Origin: Alphaproteobacteria bacterium
GTDB taxonomy: Bacteria; Pseudomonadota; Alphaproteobacteria; Bin95
Direction: 5' to 3'
DNA: 64,000 nucleotides
Assembly: GCA_965205265.1 (NCBI GenBank)
Contig: CBDBGH010000003.1
Location: 1,184,001-1,248,000, forward strand
The notes beneath the pieces are model-generated. The model worked only from the letters and a program-made list of their open reading frames with translations. It was not told the origin of the DNA and did not search any database. The translations under genes and the position numbers were made by a program. The number at the start of each line of letters is the position of its first letter. Position 1 is the first letter of the stretch. Shown here one piece after another: positions 26,987-40,359 of the stretch.

Positions 26987-28156
26987 GTGTCCCGACCTCC
27001 CCAGGGTGCGGCCCGGGCGGCGCCGGTTGGCCATCCGGCGGCGCTGGCGCTTGCCGGCTGCCTGGCGCTGGCGGTCGCCATCGGGGTCGGGCGCTTCGTC
27101 TATACGCCGATCCTGCCTTACATGACGGCGGGGCTCGGGCTTGGAAAATCAGAGGCCGGGCTGATCGCTTCGGCCAATTTCCTGGGCTACCTGCTGGGGG
27201 CGCTGGCGGCGGCGTGGCGGCCGGTGCCCGGCGATGCCCGCCTCTGGCTCTTGGGCGCGCTCGTGGCGAGCGCCGCGACGACCGGCGCCATGGGGCTGAC
27301 GGAAGACCTGGGCGCGTTCCTCGCACTCCGCTTCGCGAACGGCGCGCTTGCGGCGCTGGTGATGGTGCTCGCCTCTTCGCTGACGATGGACCGGCTGGCG
27401 GCTGCCGGCCGCGCGGTCTGGGCGGCGGGTATCTATGCGGGCGTCGGGGTCGGCATCGCGCTCTCGTCGCTGGCGGTGCCGGCCGCAGCCCTGGGCGCCG
27501 GCGATTCGCAGGGCCCTTGGCTCGTCTGCGGCGCGCTCGCACTGGCGCTCGCGATCCCGGTCCTGCTTCTGCTGCCGGGCCGGCGGGAGCCGGTGTCTGC
27601 AAGGACGACTGCCGAGGCCGGCGGGAGCGAAGAAGGTTTCGCCCGGTTCGCCATTGCCTATGGCCTGTTCGGCTTCGGCTATGTCATCACGGCCACCTTC
27701 ATTTCCGACATGGTGCGCGCGGACCCGGCCCTGCAGCCGGCGGAAAACATCGTCTGGCTTTGCGTCGGGCTGGCGGCGGCGCCGTCGGTCGCGTTTTGGG
27801 GCTGGGCCGGGCAGCGCTGGAGCAATGAACGGGCCTTTGCATCGGCCTGTCTCGTCGAGGCATTCGCCGTGCTGCTGAGCGTGCTGGGCGGCGGTGTATG
27901 GCCCGTGCTGCTGGCGGCGGCCCTGCTGGGCGGCACCTTCATGGGGCTGACGGCGCTCGGCCTCGTCAATGCGCGGCGGCTCTCCATCGGCGACCCGCGC
28001 CGCAACCTCGCGCTGATAACGGCCGCCTTCGGCCTCGGCCAGATGATCGGCCCCGCGCTCGCGGGCCTGCTGCACGAGGGGACGGACAGCTACCTCGTCC
28101 CGTCGCTGCTCGCCGCAACCGCTCTCGCCGCGGCTGCGGCGCTTGCCGCGCGGTAA
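26987..28156 (+). CDS. YbfB/YjiJ-family MFS transporter
   Basis: GVGRFVYTPILP, ANFLGYLLG, FGFGYVITATF and FGLGQMIGP motifs. Confidence 0.88.
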   Translation: MSRPPQGAARAAPVGHPAALALAGCLALAVAIGVGRFVYTPILPYMTAGLGLGKSEAGLIASANFLGYLLGALAAAWRPVPGDARLWLLGALVASAATTGAMGLTEDLGAFLALRFANGALAALVMVLASSLTMDRLAAAGRAVWAAGIYAGVGVGIALSSLAVPAAALGAGDSQGPWLVCGALALALAIPVLLLLPGRREPVSARTTAEAGGSEEGFARFAIAYGLFGFGYVITATFISDMVRADPALQPAENIVWLCVGLAAAPSVAFWGWAGQRWSNERAFASACLVEAFAVLLSVLGGGVWPVLLAAALLGGTFMGLTALGLVNARRLSIGDPRRNLALITAAFGLGQMIGPALAGLLHEGTDSYLVPSLLAATALAAAAALAAR

Positions 28157-28166
28157 AGGCCGGATG

Positions 28167-28919
28167 TCAGGTGAGATAGTTGCCGCCGTTTATGTGGACG
28201 GTCTGCCCGGTGATGCGGCGCGCGGCGGCCGACGCGAGGAAGACCGCGAGATGAGCGACGTCCTCCGGCAGGGTCAGCCCCTTCAGCGGAATGAGGTCGG
28301 CCGCTTCGGCGATCTCGTCCTCGGTCATGCCGTAGCGCGGCTGCGCGGTGTCTGCGAGGCCCGGCGCGATGGCGTTGACGCGGATGCCGTGCGGCGCAAG
28401 TTCGAGCGCGGTCGCGCGCGTCAGGCCGACGAGCCCGGCTTTCGAGGCGACGTAATGCGCTCCGCGCGGCGAAGATCGGAAGGCCGCGCCGGAGGCCAGA
28501 TTGACGATGGCGCCCTCGCGGCCGGCGTTCGCCATGCGCCGCGCCGCCGCCGAGGAACAGAGGAACGGCCCCTTGAGGTTCACCGAAAGCACCCCGTCCC
28601 AGTCGGCTTCCGTCATGTCGAGAAAGGCGGTGCGCGGGAAGACCGCGGCATTGTTCACGAGAATATCGACGCCGCCGAACTCGTCGGCGGCGGCCATCAG
28701 GCGTTCGGCCCCCGCAGGCTGCGAGATGTTGGCCTGCGCGGCCACCGCGCCCACTCCCGCAGCCCGGGCGGCCGCGACGATGGCGGCAGCAGCCTCTTCG
28801 TCATCCAGATAGTTCACGACGACGGACGCGCCCGCTTCGGCCGCCGCCCGCGCAATGGCGGCCCCGATGCCCTGCTGCGCGCCTGTGACTACGGCAACCC
28901 TGCCTGCAAGAACGGTCAT
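28167..28919 (-). CDS. Short-chain dehydrogenase/reductase
   Basis: TGAQQGIG, LVNNAA, YVASK and VNAIAPG motifs. Confidence 0.92.
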   Translation of the reverse strand: MTVLAGRVAVVTGAQQGIGAAIARAAAEAGASVVVNYLDDEEAAAAIVAAARAAGVGAVAAQANISQPAGAERLMAAADEFGGVDILVNNAAVFPRTAFLDMTEADWDGVLSVNLKGPFLCSSAAARRMANAGREGAIVNLASGAAFRSSPRGAHYVASKAGLVGLTRATALELAPHGIRVNAIAPGLADTAQPRYGMTEDEIAEAADLIPLKGLTLPEDVAHLAVFLASAAARRITGQTVHINGGNYLT

Positions 28920-29053
28920 CGGTCCTTCTCTCTTGAGCCGCTTCGTCCAGAGAGTCACAAATCCCGGCAATGCACAACCGCATTACCGGCTTCAGCTCTC
29001 CGACGGGATCGGCGAGGCCGCGCGGTCCGGCGGTCAAACGGGAGGTCCGCACG

Positions 29054-29914
29054 ATGAAAGTAACGGTGGCAGCGGTCCAGATGTCCTGTTCGGACCGGGT
29101 GGACGAGAATATCGAGAAGGCGGACGGCCTCGTGCGCCAGGCTGCGGCGGCGGGGGCGAATATCGTGCTGCTGCAGGAGATGTTCTCGACCAGGTTCTTC
29201 GGCATGCTGGACTGGGACCCGGACTATTTCTCTCTGGCCTCCACGGCCGGGGAGAGCGTTTCCGTCCGCCACATGTCCCGGCTTGCGGCAGAGCTCGGGG
29301 TCGTCCTTCCGGTCAGCTTTTTCGAGCGCGCCAACCAGTCCTATTTCAACAGTGTGACGGTGATCGATTCGACCGGGGAGCGGCTCGGGCTCTACCGCAA
29401 GTCCCACATGCCGCTCGGCCCGCCCCGGTGCTTCGAGAAATATTTCACCACGCCCGGCAACACCGGGTTCCAGGCATGGGACACCGGGTTCGGCAGGATC
29501 GGGGTCGGGATCTGCTGGGACCAGTGGTTTCCGGAGTCCGCCAGATGCATGGCGCTGAAGGGCGCGGAGCTGCTGTTCTATCCAACGGCGATCGGGACCG
29601 GATGCCACGACCACTGGCAGGTCGTCATGCAGGGCCATGCGGGCGCGAACATGGTCCCGCTGGTGGTGTCGAACCGGGTCGGGCCGGAAAGCGGGCCGTT
29701 CGGCACCACGGACTTCTGGGGCGGCTCCTTCATCGCCGACGAGAAGGGCGCGATCGCCGCGAAGGCGAGCGCCGATCGGGACGAGTTCATCGCCGCGACC
29801 TTCGATCTCGCCGAAATCCGGCAGCAACGGGCCGATTGGGGCCTGTTCCGGGACCGGCGCCCGGACCTGTACCGGACCCTGCTGACAATGGACGGAAGCA
29901 CAAGCGGCGTATGA
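29054..29914 (+). CDS. aguB: N-carbamoylputrescine amidase-like nitrilase-family enzyme
   Basis: LLQEMF, YRKSH, EKYF and GICWDQWFPE..R...LKGAELLFYPTAIG. Confidence 0.8.
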   Translation: MKVTVAAVQMSCSDRVDENIEKADGLVRQAAAAGANIVLLQEMFSTRFFGMLDWDPDYFSLASTAGESVSVRHMSRLAAELGVVLPVSFFERANQSYFNSVTVIDSTGERLGLYRKSHMPLGPPRCFEKYFTTPGNTGFQAWDTGFGRIGVGICWDQWFPESARCMALKGAELLFYPTAIGTGCHDHWQVVMQGHAGANMVPLVVSNRVGPESGPFGTTDFWGGSFIADEKGAIAAKASADRDEFIAATFDLAEIRQQRADWGLFRDRRPDLYRTLLTMDGSTSGV

Positions 29915-29940
29915 GGGCTGCCTGAGCGGGGATGAGGTCT

Positions 29941-30759
29941 TTAGCGCGACTTCTCCCAGACCACCGGCCAGAGGTCGCTGTCCAGCGGGCCGCCCGGCGG
30001 GATGTCGGGGTCCCTCAGCATGGGCTGGATTCCCGGCCGGGGGTAATAGACGACGTCGCCCCCCGCCCAGCGGGTTATGTAGGCGCGCCGCCGCCTGTTC
30101 GCGGTCGCGTTGCCGGGCGCGCCATGCACCGTCAGCCCGTGATGCACCGTGCAGTCCCCCGGCTCCAGTTCGGGCTGCACGAATTCCAGATCGCTGCGCA
30201 TCCCGTCGATATCGGGGACCGGCGGCAGGTCCTCCTTGTAGCGGCCCTCGCCGAGGAAGGCTTCGGCCTTGTAGCGCATGCCCCATCTGTGGGAGCCCCT
30301 GACATACTCGACGGCGCCGGACGCCGCATCCACGGGGTCGAGCGCCAGCCAGAGCGTGCAGACCTGGTCGCCGTCGATGGGCCAGTAGGGCAGGTCGTGA
30401 TGCCAGCGGGTCCGCTCCCGCGTTCCCGGCTCCTTGATGAGGAACTGGTCGAACACGATGTTGACCTTGTCGGCACCCATCAGGCGGGCGGCGATCCGGG
30501 CCGCCGGCGATTGGAAGACAATGTCCCTGAACTCGCCATGGCGGGGCCACAGGAACGTGTTGTTGAAGAAACGGCCCGGGTCGCCCTCCTTCGCCAGCTC
30601 CTGCTTCATTTCGCCCGGCGTGCTCATGTCGATTTCGGCAAGCGCGCGCACATGCTCGACCCACTCCATGTCGAACAGGCCCTTGAGCAGAACGACCCCG
30701 TCTTCCCGGAAGGTGCGGATTTCCTCGTCGGTGATTTCGCGCAGGGGTTCCCGGTTCAT
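29941..30759 (-). CDS. Phytanoyl-CoA dioxygenase (PhyH) family protein
   Basis: KEPG..TRWHHD, WLALD, GSHRWG and H..TVHGA motifs. Confidence 0.9.
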   Translation of the reverse strand: MNREPLREITDEEIRTFREDGVVLLKGLFDMEWVEHVRALAEIDMSTPGEMKQELAKEGDPGRFFNNTFLWPRHGEFRDIVFQSPAARIAARLMGADKVNIVFDQFLIKEPGTRERTRWHHDLPYWPIDGDQVCTLWLALDPVDAASGAVEYVRGSHRWGMRYKAEAFLGEGRYKEDLPPVPDIDGMRSDLEFVQPELEPGDCTVHHGLTVHGAPGNATANRRRRAYITRWAGGDVVYYPRPGIQPMLRDPDIPPGGPLDSDLWPVVWEKSR

Positions 30760-30801
30760 CTCGATGCCCTCCTTCAGACAAGGGGCCCAAGCCGATACCC
30801 G

Positions 30802-31896
30802 TCAGTTATAGCCCGTCTCCTCCAGATCGAGCAGCGGATAGCCGCTGAAGACCGAGGGCTGGGAGGTCAGCCCGGCGCGGGTGACGAATTCCGGGCCGAG
30901 GTCCTGCCAGCCCGTGCAGCCCATGAGGCCGAGCGCGGTCACCACCTCGTCCTCCAGCAGCTCCAGCATGGTGACGACGCCCGCTTCGCCGTTTGCGGCC
31001 AGAGCGACCGCCGACAGCCGGCCGATGCCGACCGCGCTTGCGCCGAGCGCCAGCGCCTTCACGACATCGGTGCCCCGCAGGATACCGCCGTCCACCCAGA
31101 CCTCGGCCCTGCCGTCCACTGCGGCGACCGCTTCCGGCAATATGTCGAGCGCCCCCCGCCCGGCGTCGAGCTGGCGCCCGCCGTGATTGGAGACATAGAC
31201 GACATCGACGCCGTGCTCGACACAGAGCGCCGCGTCCTCGCCCGCGCCGATGCCCTTGATGACGAGCGGGATGTCGTGGCGGTCCTTGAAACGCTTGACA
31301 TTGTCCCAGTCGAAGGCGCCCTGGAACTCCATATTGCGGTTGTCGATGCGCCAGGGCTTGACGAAGCGCTTGGCGATGTCGCGCTCGCGCCGGCTGTAAT
31401 GGGCGGTATCGACGGTGATGCAGAAGGCGGTGTAGCCGGCGGCGATGGCGCGCCGGGCAATGCCGTCCACCCAGTCGTCATCGCCCCGCACATAGAGCTG
31501 GAAGACCTTGGGGTTGGGCGCGGCGGCGGCCGTCTCTTCGAGGCCCGGCTCGGAGACGGAGCTCTGGATGTTCATAGTGCCGAAGGCGTGGGCCGCCCGC
31601 GAGGCCGCCGCGCCGCCGTCGGGGTCGAAGCTCTGGAGCGAGCCGATGGGCGCCAGCAGCACCGGCAGGCGCAGCTCCTGGCCCAGCACGTCTTTGCGCG
31701 CCGAAACGCGGGAGACATTGCGGAGCACGCGATGCTTCAGGGCCAGACGGTCGAGCGCCGCGCGATTGCGCCTGAGCGTCGCCTCGCTTTCGCTGCCGCC
31801 TGCCAGATAATCCCAGTAGTTCCGGTTCAGATTGTTGTGCGCACGGTGGACGATCTCGTGGAGGCAGAGGAACTCGCCCTCGGTCTGGCTAACCAT
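30802..31896 (-). CDS. FMN-dependent alpha-hydroxy acid oxidase/dehydrogenase
   Basis: FQLY, ITVD, VIKGI, SNHGGRQLD and DGGILRGTDVVKALALGA; real start MVSQTE at 31896. Confidence 0.93.
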   Translation of the reverse strand: MVSQTEGEFLCLHEIVHRAHNNLNRNYWDYLAGGSESEATLRRNRAALDRLALKHRVLRNVSRVSARKDVLGQELRLPVLLAPIGSLQSFDPDGGAAASRAAHAFGTMNIQSSVSEPGLEETAAAAPNPKVFQLYVRGDDDWVDGIARRAIAAGYTAFCITVDTAHYSRRERDIAKRFVKPWRIDNRNMEFQGAFDWDNVKRFKDRHDIPLVIKGIGAGEDAALCVEHGVDVVYVSNHGGRQLDAGRGALDILPEAVAAVDGRAEVWVDGGILRGTDVVKALALGASAVGIGRLSAVALAANGEAGVVTMLELLEDEVVTALGLMGCTGWQDLGPEFVTRAGLTSQPSVFSGYPLLDLEETGYN

Positions 31897-32046
31897 GAAT
31901 CCTGTTCTCGAAAAGGGGCAGGGCGAGCATCCACCATTCGCCTTCGCGGTCAAGGCGAGGCGGCGGGTCCTGGGGGCGGCTGTTTGCCTTGCGCCGGCTC
32001 GGCTATTCTCCGCCGGTCGGATCCGGAACGAGAGGACATCCGAAGC

Positions 32047-33180
32047 ATGAAGATGACCGCCGCCGTGCTGATGCAATGCGGAGCGCCGCGCCCGTTCGCC
32101 CACAGCAGGCCCGTGGAGATCATGGAGGTCGAGCTCGAACCGCCGGGGCCCGGAGAAGTGCTGGTGAGGATCGGCGGGGCCGGCCTCTGCCATTCCGACC
32201 TCTCGCTGCTGAACGGCGACCGGCCGCGGCCGGTGCCGATGGTGCTGGGCCACGAAGGCTCGGGCATCTGCGTCGAGGCGGGGCCGGGCGTCTACGACAT
32301 CAAGCCGGACGACCATATCGTCTTCCAGTTCGGCTCGGCCTGCGGGCGCTGCCGGCGCTGCCTGGAAGGGCGTCCGCAGGTCTGCGAGACCGCCGCGCGC
32401 ACCAAGGGGCAGGGCCAGCTCATGTCCGGCGAACGGCGCCTGAAGCTGAACGGCGAATATATCGCCCACCACACCGGCATTTCCTGCATGGCGGAATATG
32501 CGGTGGTGGACCGCGGCACCTGCGTCGTCGTGGACAAGCGCATCGACATCGAGGAGGCCGCGATCTTCGGCTGCGCCGTGATGACGGGCGCGGGCGCGGT
32601 CATCAACACGGCGCGGGTGCGGGCCGGCGACAGCGTGGCGATCGTCGGCCTTGGCGGCGTCGGGCTGAACGGCCTGCTGGGCGCGAAGCTTGCGGGCGCC
32701 GGGCAGATCATTGCGGTCGATCTGGAGGACTCGAAGCTCGGCCTTGCGCGGCAGCTGGGCGCGACGCACACCGTCAATGCCCGCGACGGCGACCATATCG
32801 AGCAGATCCGCGACATCTCGGGCGGCGGCGTCGATTTCGCGGTCGAACTCGCCGGCACGATCAAGGCGATGGAAACCGCCTGGAACAGCATCCGCTACGG
32901 CGGTACGGTGGTCACGGCCGGCCTCTCGCCGGCGGCCGCCGATTTCACCTTCAACCAGAGCGAGCTCGTGGCCCAGGAGAAGTCCATCCTCGGCTCCTAT
33001 ATGGGAAGCTGCGTGCCGGTGCGGGACATCCCGCGCTTCATCGACCTCTACATGCAGGGCCGGATGCCGGTGGACCGGTTGATCGACCGCAAGATCGGCT
33101 TCGAGGAGATCAACGCCGGTTTCGACAAGCTCCAGGATGTCGCCACGGTGCGGCAGATCCTGGCCCCGCACAGCGCATGA
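32047..33180 (+). CDS. Zn-dependent alcohol dehydrogenase
   Basis: GLCHSDL, GHEG, CGRCRRC...C and GLGGVG motifs. Confidence 0.93.
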   Translation: MKMTAAVLMQCGAPRPFAHSRPVEIMEVELEPPGPGEVLVRIGGAGLCHSDLSLLNGDRPRPVPMVLGHEGSGICVEAGPGVYDIKPDDHIVFQFGSACGRCRRCLEGRPQVCETAARTKGQGQLMSGERRLKLNGEYIAHHTGISCMAEYAVVDRGTCVVVDKRIDIEEAAIFGCAVMTGAGAVINTARVRAGDSVAIVGLGGVGLNGLLGAKLAGAGQIIAVDLEDSKLGLARQLGATHTVNARDGDHIEQIRDISGGGVDFAVELAGTIKAMETAWNSIRYGGTVVTAGLSPAAADFTFNQSELVAQEKSILGSYMGSCVPVRDIPRFIDLYMQGRMPVDRLIDRKIGFEEINAGFDKLQDVATVRQILAPHSA

Positions 33181-33339
33181 CCGGAGGCTGGCGGGCGGCC
33201 TGAGGCGCCGCGGCAAGGCCGCTGCCGCCGGCATGAACGGCGCGCTATTGACTGCGGCATTTTGACGCGATTTCATAAGGCCGCCGCAAATCGAACGCAT
33301 GGGGAGGCGCCCGTGCAACCGGAGCGGAAGGAGGGACGG

Positions 33340-34146
33340 ATGAAGACCGTGTTGGTGCCGATGAACGAGGCGGGCGGGCTCGATTCGATGCTGGCCTGCG
33401 CGCGGATCGTGGCGGGGCGTTTCGGCGCCCATGTCGAGGGCTTCTACCAGCGCCGCTCGTTGCCGGACATCATGGCCGCCGGCGCGGCGGACGCCGCGTC
33501 GCCGGCCTTGCTCGACGATCTGGAGCGCCGCGACAACGAGGCGTCCGGCCGTGCCCGCGCCCGGTTCGAAGCCGCGCTTGAAGGGCGTTCGCACGCATGG
33601 CGGGAGGAAGTCGCGCGCCATCTGGATGTCTCCGAGCGCGCCCGCGCTTTCGACCTTACCGTGGTCGGCCGGCCGACCGGCGCCGGCGACTCGCCCTCGA
33701 TGAGCACGTTGGAGGCGGTGCTGTTCGAAAGCGGCCGTCCGATGGTGGTGGCTCCGCCGCAGGCGCCGGAGGATTTCGGCGCGAACATCGCGGTTCTCTG
33801 GAACGGCAGCACGGAGACTGCGCGCACCATCGCGATGGGTATGGAGCTGCTCAGGCAGGCGGAGCGCGTCCTGGTCGTGACGGTGGAAGGCGCGTTCGTG
33901 CCCGGGCCGAGCGCGGCGGAAATGGCGGAAGGGCTGGCGCGGCACGGCCTGCCGGTCGAGTCCGCGGTGCACCAGCGCGGGCGGCGCAGCGCGGGCGAGG
34001 CCATGCTCGCGGAAGCCGCCGCCTTCGGGGCCGACCTCGTCTTCAAGGGCGGCTACACCAGCAGCCGGCTGCGCCAGATGATCCTGGGCGGCCCGACCAG
34101 CCATATCCTCGCCGAAAGCACGCTCCCCGTGTTCATGGCGCATTGA
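33340..34146 (+). CDS. Universal stress protein (tandem UspA domains)
   Basis: LFESGRP, WNGSTE, GGYTSSRLRQMILGG.T and PVFMAH. Confidence 0.9.
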   Translation: MKTVLVPMNEAGGLDSMLACARIVAGRFGAHVEGFYQRRSLPDIMAAGAADAASPALLDDLERRDNEASGRARARFEAALEGRSHAWREEVARHLDVSERARAFDLTVVGRPTGAGDSPSMSTLEAVLFESGRPMVVAPPQAPEDFGANIAVLWNGSTETARTIAMGMELLRQAERVLVVTVEGAFVPGPSAAEMAEGLARHGLPVESAVHQRGRRSAGEAMLAEAAAFGADLVFKGGYTSSRLRQMILGGPTSHILAESTLPVFMAH

Positions 34147-34535
34147 CCGGATGGCGTCTTGACGGGAGGAAGTCCGCCCGGACGCAATTTCCACCTGTGG
34201 AAATGCGTTTCTCCGTCTCAGGAAAATCCCTAACCGGTTGATTTTGCGCATATAGTTTTTGTTGACAGCTTGCGACGGAAGGTCGCAGACTTGTCTTGCG
34301 AAGACGGGAATGCGATGGGCGTTGCCGGCCAGGATCGAGGAGGATGAACGCCATGAAACCACCGGTCCGGGTCCGCCCCTCATAGGGGCCATCCGACAAA
34401 AGAAACAGACTGGCCCGACCGCCCTGCGGCGGGCGACAGGTTTCAAAAGAGACCCATCGAAACACCATCGATAGAGCCCCGCCGTGCAACCCGAGTTCCG
34501 GCGGGGCCGTTTCATGTCCGGACGGAGAATGGAAC

Positions 34536-34967
34536 ATGTTCGTTGCGCAGATCCTCGCCGACAAGGGCCATGAGGTGGTGACGGCCGATCCCGGCGAATC
34601 GGTCGGGCATATCGCGCTCGCGCTGTTCGAGCGGCGCATCGGCGCTATGCCGGTGTCCTCGCCCGGCGGCGCGCTCGTCGGGATCGTGTCCGAGCGCGAT
34701 GTCGTCGCGGCGCTTGCCGAGCACGGGCGCGACGTGCTGGACCGTCCGGTCGAAGAGATCATGACGCGCCGGGTCATCACCTGCGCGCGCTCGGACCATA
34801 TAGACGACCTGATGGCGCGCATGACCGAGGGGCGGATGCGCCACCTGCCCGTGCTGGAGGGCGAGGAGCTGGTCGGCATCGTGTCCATCGGCGATGTCGT
34901 GAAGGCCCGCATGAGCGAGATCGAAGCCGAGGCGCAGGCCCTCAAGGATTACATCGCCACCGGGTAG
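34536..34967 (+). CDS. CBS-domain protein
   Basis: VGIVSERD, MT..VIT, RHLPV and SIGDVVK motifs. Confidence 0.92.
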   Translation: MFVAQILADKGHEVVTADPGESVGHIALALFERRIGAMPVSSPGGALVGIVSERDVVAALAEHGRDVLDRPVEEIMTRRVITCARSDHIDDLMARMTEGRMRHLPVLEGEELVGIVSIGDVVKARMSEIEAEAQALKDYIATG

Positions 34968-35137
34968 TTCCGGCTTCGCAGAGGCTGGCGGCACTCGGTT
35001 CGTCGTCCCGGACTCCGGTCCGGGGTTCATCCCCGTTCCCTTCACTCCGATGCAAACGCCGGTAGATGGCTCCCGCCCCAGGGACACGCCGGACTCACGC
35101 ATTTGTTTCCGGTTGCTCGCATCGCATGTCATCAATC

Positions 35138-35268
35138 CGTCACCCCGGCCCCCGAGCCGGGGTCCAGCCTCGGTTCTCGCGGCATCCTCGGCGGTTTGTC
35201 CTATTCTGCACCGGCTGCGGCAACATCGGGAGCCATGGATGGACCCCGGCTCGGGGGCCGGGGTGACG
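35138..35268. repeat. REP-like palindromic element (variant family)
   Basis: CGTCACCCCGGCCCCCGAGCCGGGGTCCA ... TGGACCCCGGCTCGGGGGCCGGGGTGACG. Confidence 0.8.
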
Positions 35269-36316
35269 AAAGGGGTGCGAAACGCGGCGTAGCCGGGCCG
35301 GGGTGACGGTTGTGGGCCCGGCCCGAATTGCGGTTCAATCCAAAAGGAATCCACACCTGACCGGGGAGGCCTGACATGGCGCCGAGGACATTCGGGGCGC
35401 GGAAATTGCCCGATGACGGGCCGCGCAACGGCTGGTTCGAGACGCTGCCCGCGCCGCCGCCCGCGCGCCGGGTCGAGGGCCGGGTCAAGGTCGATTTCGC
35501 GGTGGTGGGCGCGGGCATATGCGGCTGCTCTACCGCGCGGCGCCTCGCCGAGCTCCGGCCCGGCGACAGCGTGGCGCTCATCGAGGCGGGTCGGGTCGGC
35601 TACGGCACGTCCGGGCGCAATGCCGGCTTCATGCTGGACCACCACAGCCATGGCGGCATGAAGCACATGGAAGCCGCGCGGAAGAACGACCGGCTGTTCT
35701 CCGCCGGCACCGACTGGCTCCGCAGGCTTGTGCGGGAGCACCAGATCCAGTGCCAGTGGAGCGATTGGGGGCGCATCTATGTCGCCGCCGGCGCGGGTGC
35801 GGAGGCGGAACTCCGGGGCGTTTCGGACGGCTTCGACTCGCTGGGCGTGGCCTGGGCGGAACTCGACCGGGACGGGGTCGAGGCCGTCACCGGTTCGCGT
35901 TACTACCGGCGCGGCGTGCGGGTGGACGGCTCCGCCCTCGTCCAGCCGTCCGCCATGATGCGCGGCCTTGCTGCGACGCTCCCGGCGAATGTCGCGCTCT
36001 ACGAGGAGAGCCCGGTGCTGGAGACCGGCATGAACGGCGGCTTCCGCGTCGCCTGCCCGGACTGCGGCACGGTCGAGGCGCGCCAGGTCGTGCTCTGCAC
36101 CCATTTCTCCACCGAGGAAATGGGCCTTCTGAAGCATCGGGCCGTGCCGTGCGGCGCGTCAATCAAGCTGAGACGTTTGCGTCAATCAGGATGAGACGGG
36201 GGAAGGCGGCGGCCTGGAACGCAGGGAGGGCGTAGCCCGACCGGAGTTCCGGGCCGCCGGCTCGAAAAATTTCCCCCGGGCCTTCTGGCGGCCAGGGCCG
36301 GCCGGGCGAACGGTGA

Positions 36317-38685
<2,369 letters not shown>

Positions 38686-39562
38686 GCCGCCGCCTGCTCA
38701 GGTAGAGCGGCCACGACAATCAGGGCCCGCGGGGATCGTCTCCGCGCGCCGTCTCTTCTCCGACCCGACGGCCTGCCGCGACAATCAAAACCATTCCCGA
38801 AAACACTGTTTGTCGCGCCGCGACAATCAAAACCGGAAACCGCTTGCAATCCACCCCCCGCGCGGCAATCATCAACTCGCCGCTGCCGCCGGGAATCTCA
38901 TCCTGATTGACGCGCAGCTCTCACCCAGATTGTCGCGCCATAGTGCCGCTTGCGAGCTTCGCCAGCCTGACCGAGCCGCTGACGGACGCGCAGGCGGCGA
39001 TGCTCGGCGGGGAGGGAGAGTTCGGCTTGCTGCCCGCCCACCCGAACGGGAGCACGGTCCGCCTCACGCGGGACCGCCGCATCCTCATGCGCAACACGCT
39101 CTGGTATGCGCGCGGGAAACGCTTCCCGCCGGCGCTGATGGAGCGCGTAGCCGATATCCACCGCCGCAGCATCGAGGCGCGCTGGCCCGCGCTCGGGGAC
39201 ATCGCTTTCGCCGGCACCTGGGGCGGCATACTCGGCTTCACGCGCAATGAAGGCGCCATCTTCGGCCCGGTCCGGGAGGGGCTCTGGGCGCTCATGTCCT
39301 GCGACGCCGCGCCGATGACCAAGGGGGCCATCGGCGGCAAATTGCTCGCCGACCATATCTGCGGGGAGGACAGCGAACTGCTGCAGGTCGTGCTGTCGCT
39401 CCCGCGCGCCGCGCTCCTGCCGCCCGACCCGATCCTGCGCTTCGTGGTCAACCGCCGGGTCAGCCGCTTCGCCGCCTCTGGCGCCGCCGAGCGTTAGGGA
39501 ACCGCCGCGGCGCGGTCCCGGCCGCACGCCGGCCGGATGCCCTGGGTCCCGGCTGCCGGGGA

Positions 39563-40277
39563 CGTCATGCGATGTCATGTTTCGTCATGAGGCGCCGTGA
39601 GCCTTCCCCGCCATATGTCATGGGATGTCATGTTTTGCATGCGAGTGGCGCATATCCTGTAGTCCTTTCTGGCATGAGGCTGCCGTCCGTCTCCCTCCCT
39701 CGCCTGTGAGGGAGGACCGCATGCGCACATCTCCGGAAGCCCCGGACGGCTCCCCCTTCGTCGCCCCGGCCTCGATCCGGGGCCTTGTGCGGTCGGAGCT
39801 CGGTTGCAGGGAGGCCTCGGCTCGCCCTGCGGGCGTCCGGGACGACGAAGGGAGCGCGCAGACCGCCGCAGCCGGACCGGCGAGGCGCTGTTGCGGACGG
39901 GAATGAGATGTGTGAATCCGGTAACCTGCAAGCGGGAGAGGCCCGTTTGCGGCCACAGGCCCGTCCTGCTGAAGCTGTATTCGTTTGCCTCCCGCATGTC
40001 GTTCCTCCACCTCGTTTCGTTCCACTCCGTTCCATCCTTACCGCCGCCGGTCTGCCCGGGTAGCGGGACCTTGATTCGCGCGTATCCTGCGCGGGCGCCC
40101 CCGCCCGCGGGCGGGCGTTTCGCGCCGGCGCGGTTCGCGCGCCTGATTGCCCGGATGCGCCCGCGCGCGCGAACCGGGCGCAGGGCGCACCTCGCCAGTT
40201 GGCCGAATCGGGGGCTTTTCGCGCCGACGCGAAAGAGCAGGGGAAGCGGCCCCGCGAGCGCCGCCTCCTTCCTCCTG
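39563..40277 (-). repeat. Long dispersed element, copy B
   Basis: Reverse-strand homolog of 21008-21930 with the same 5' multi-hairpin block and 3' CATGAC repeats. Confidence 0.8.
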
Positions 40278-40280
40278 GAC

Positions 40281-40335
40281 CATGTAGGGAAGAGGGAGAC
40301 GATGTCAATACTATTTCAAGAAATTTTTCTGTATT
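40281..40335 (-). promoter_or_regulatory. Sigma70-like promoter upstream of repeat copy B
   Basis: Minus strand TTGACA (40308-40303), 16 nt, TACATG (40286-40281), with an A/T tract upstream. Confidence 0.55.
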
Positions 40336-40359
40336 TGCGAACGAAACGCCGTTTCCGGT

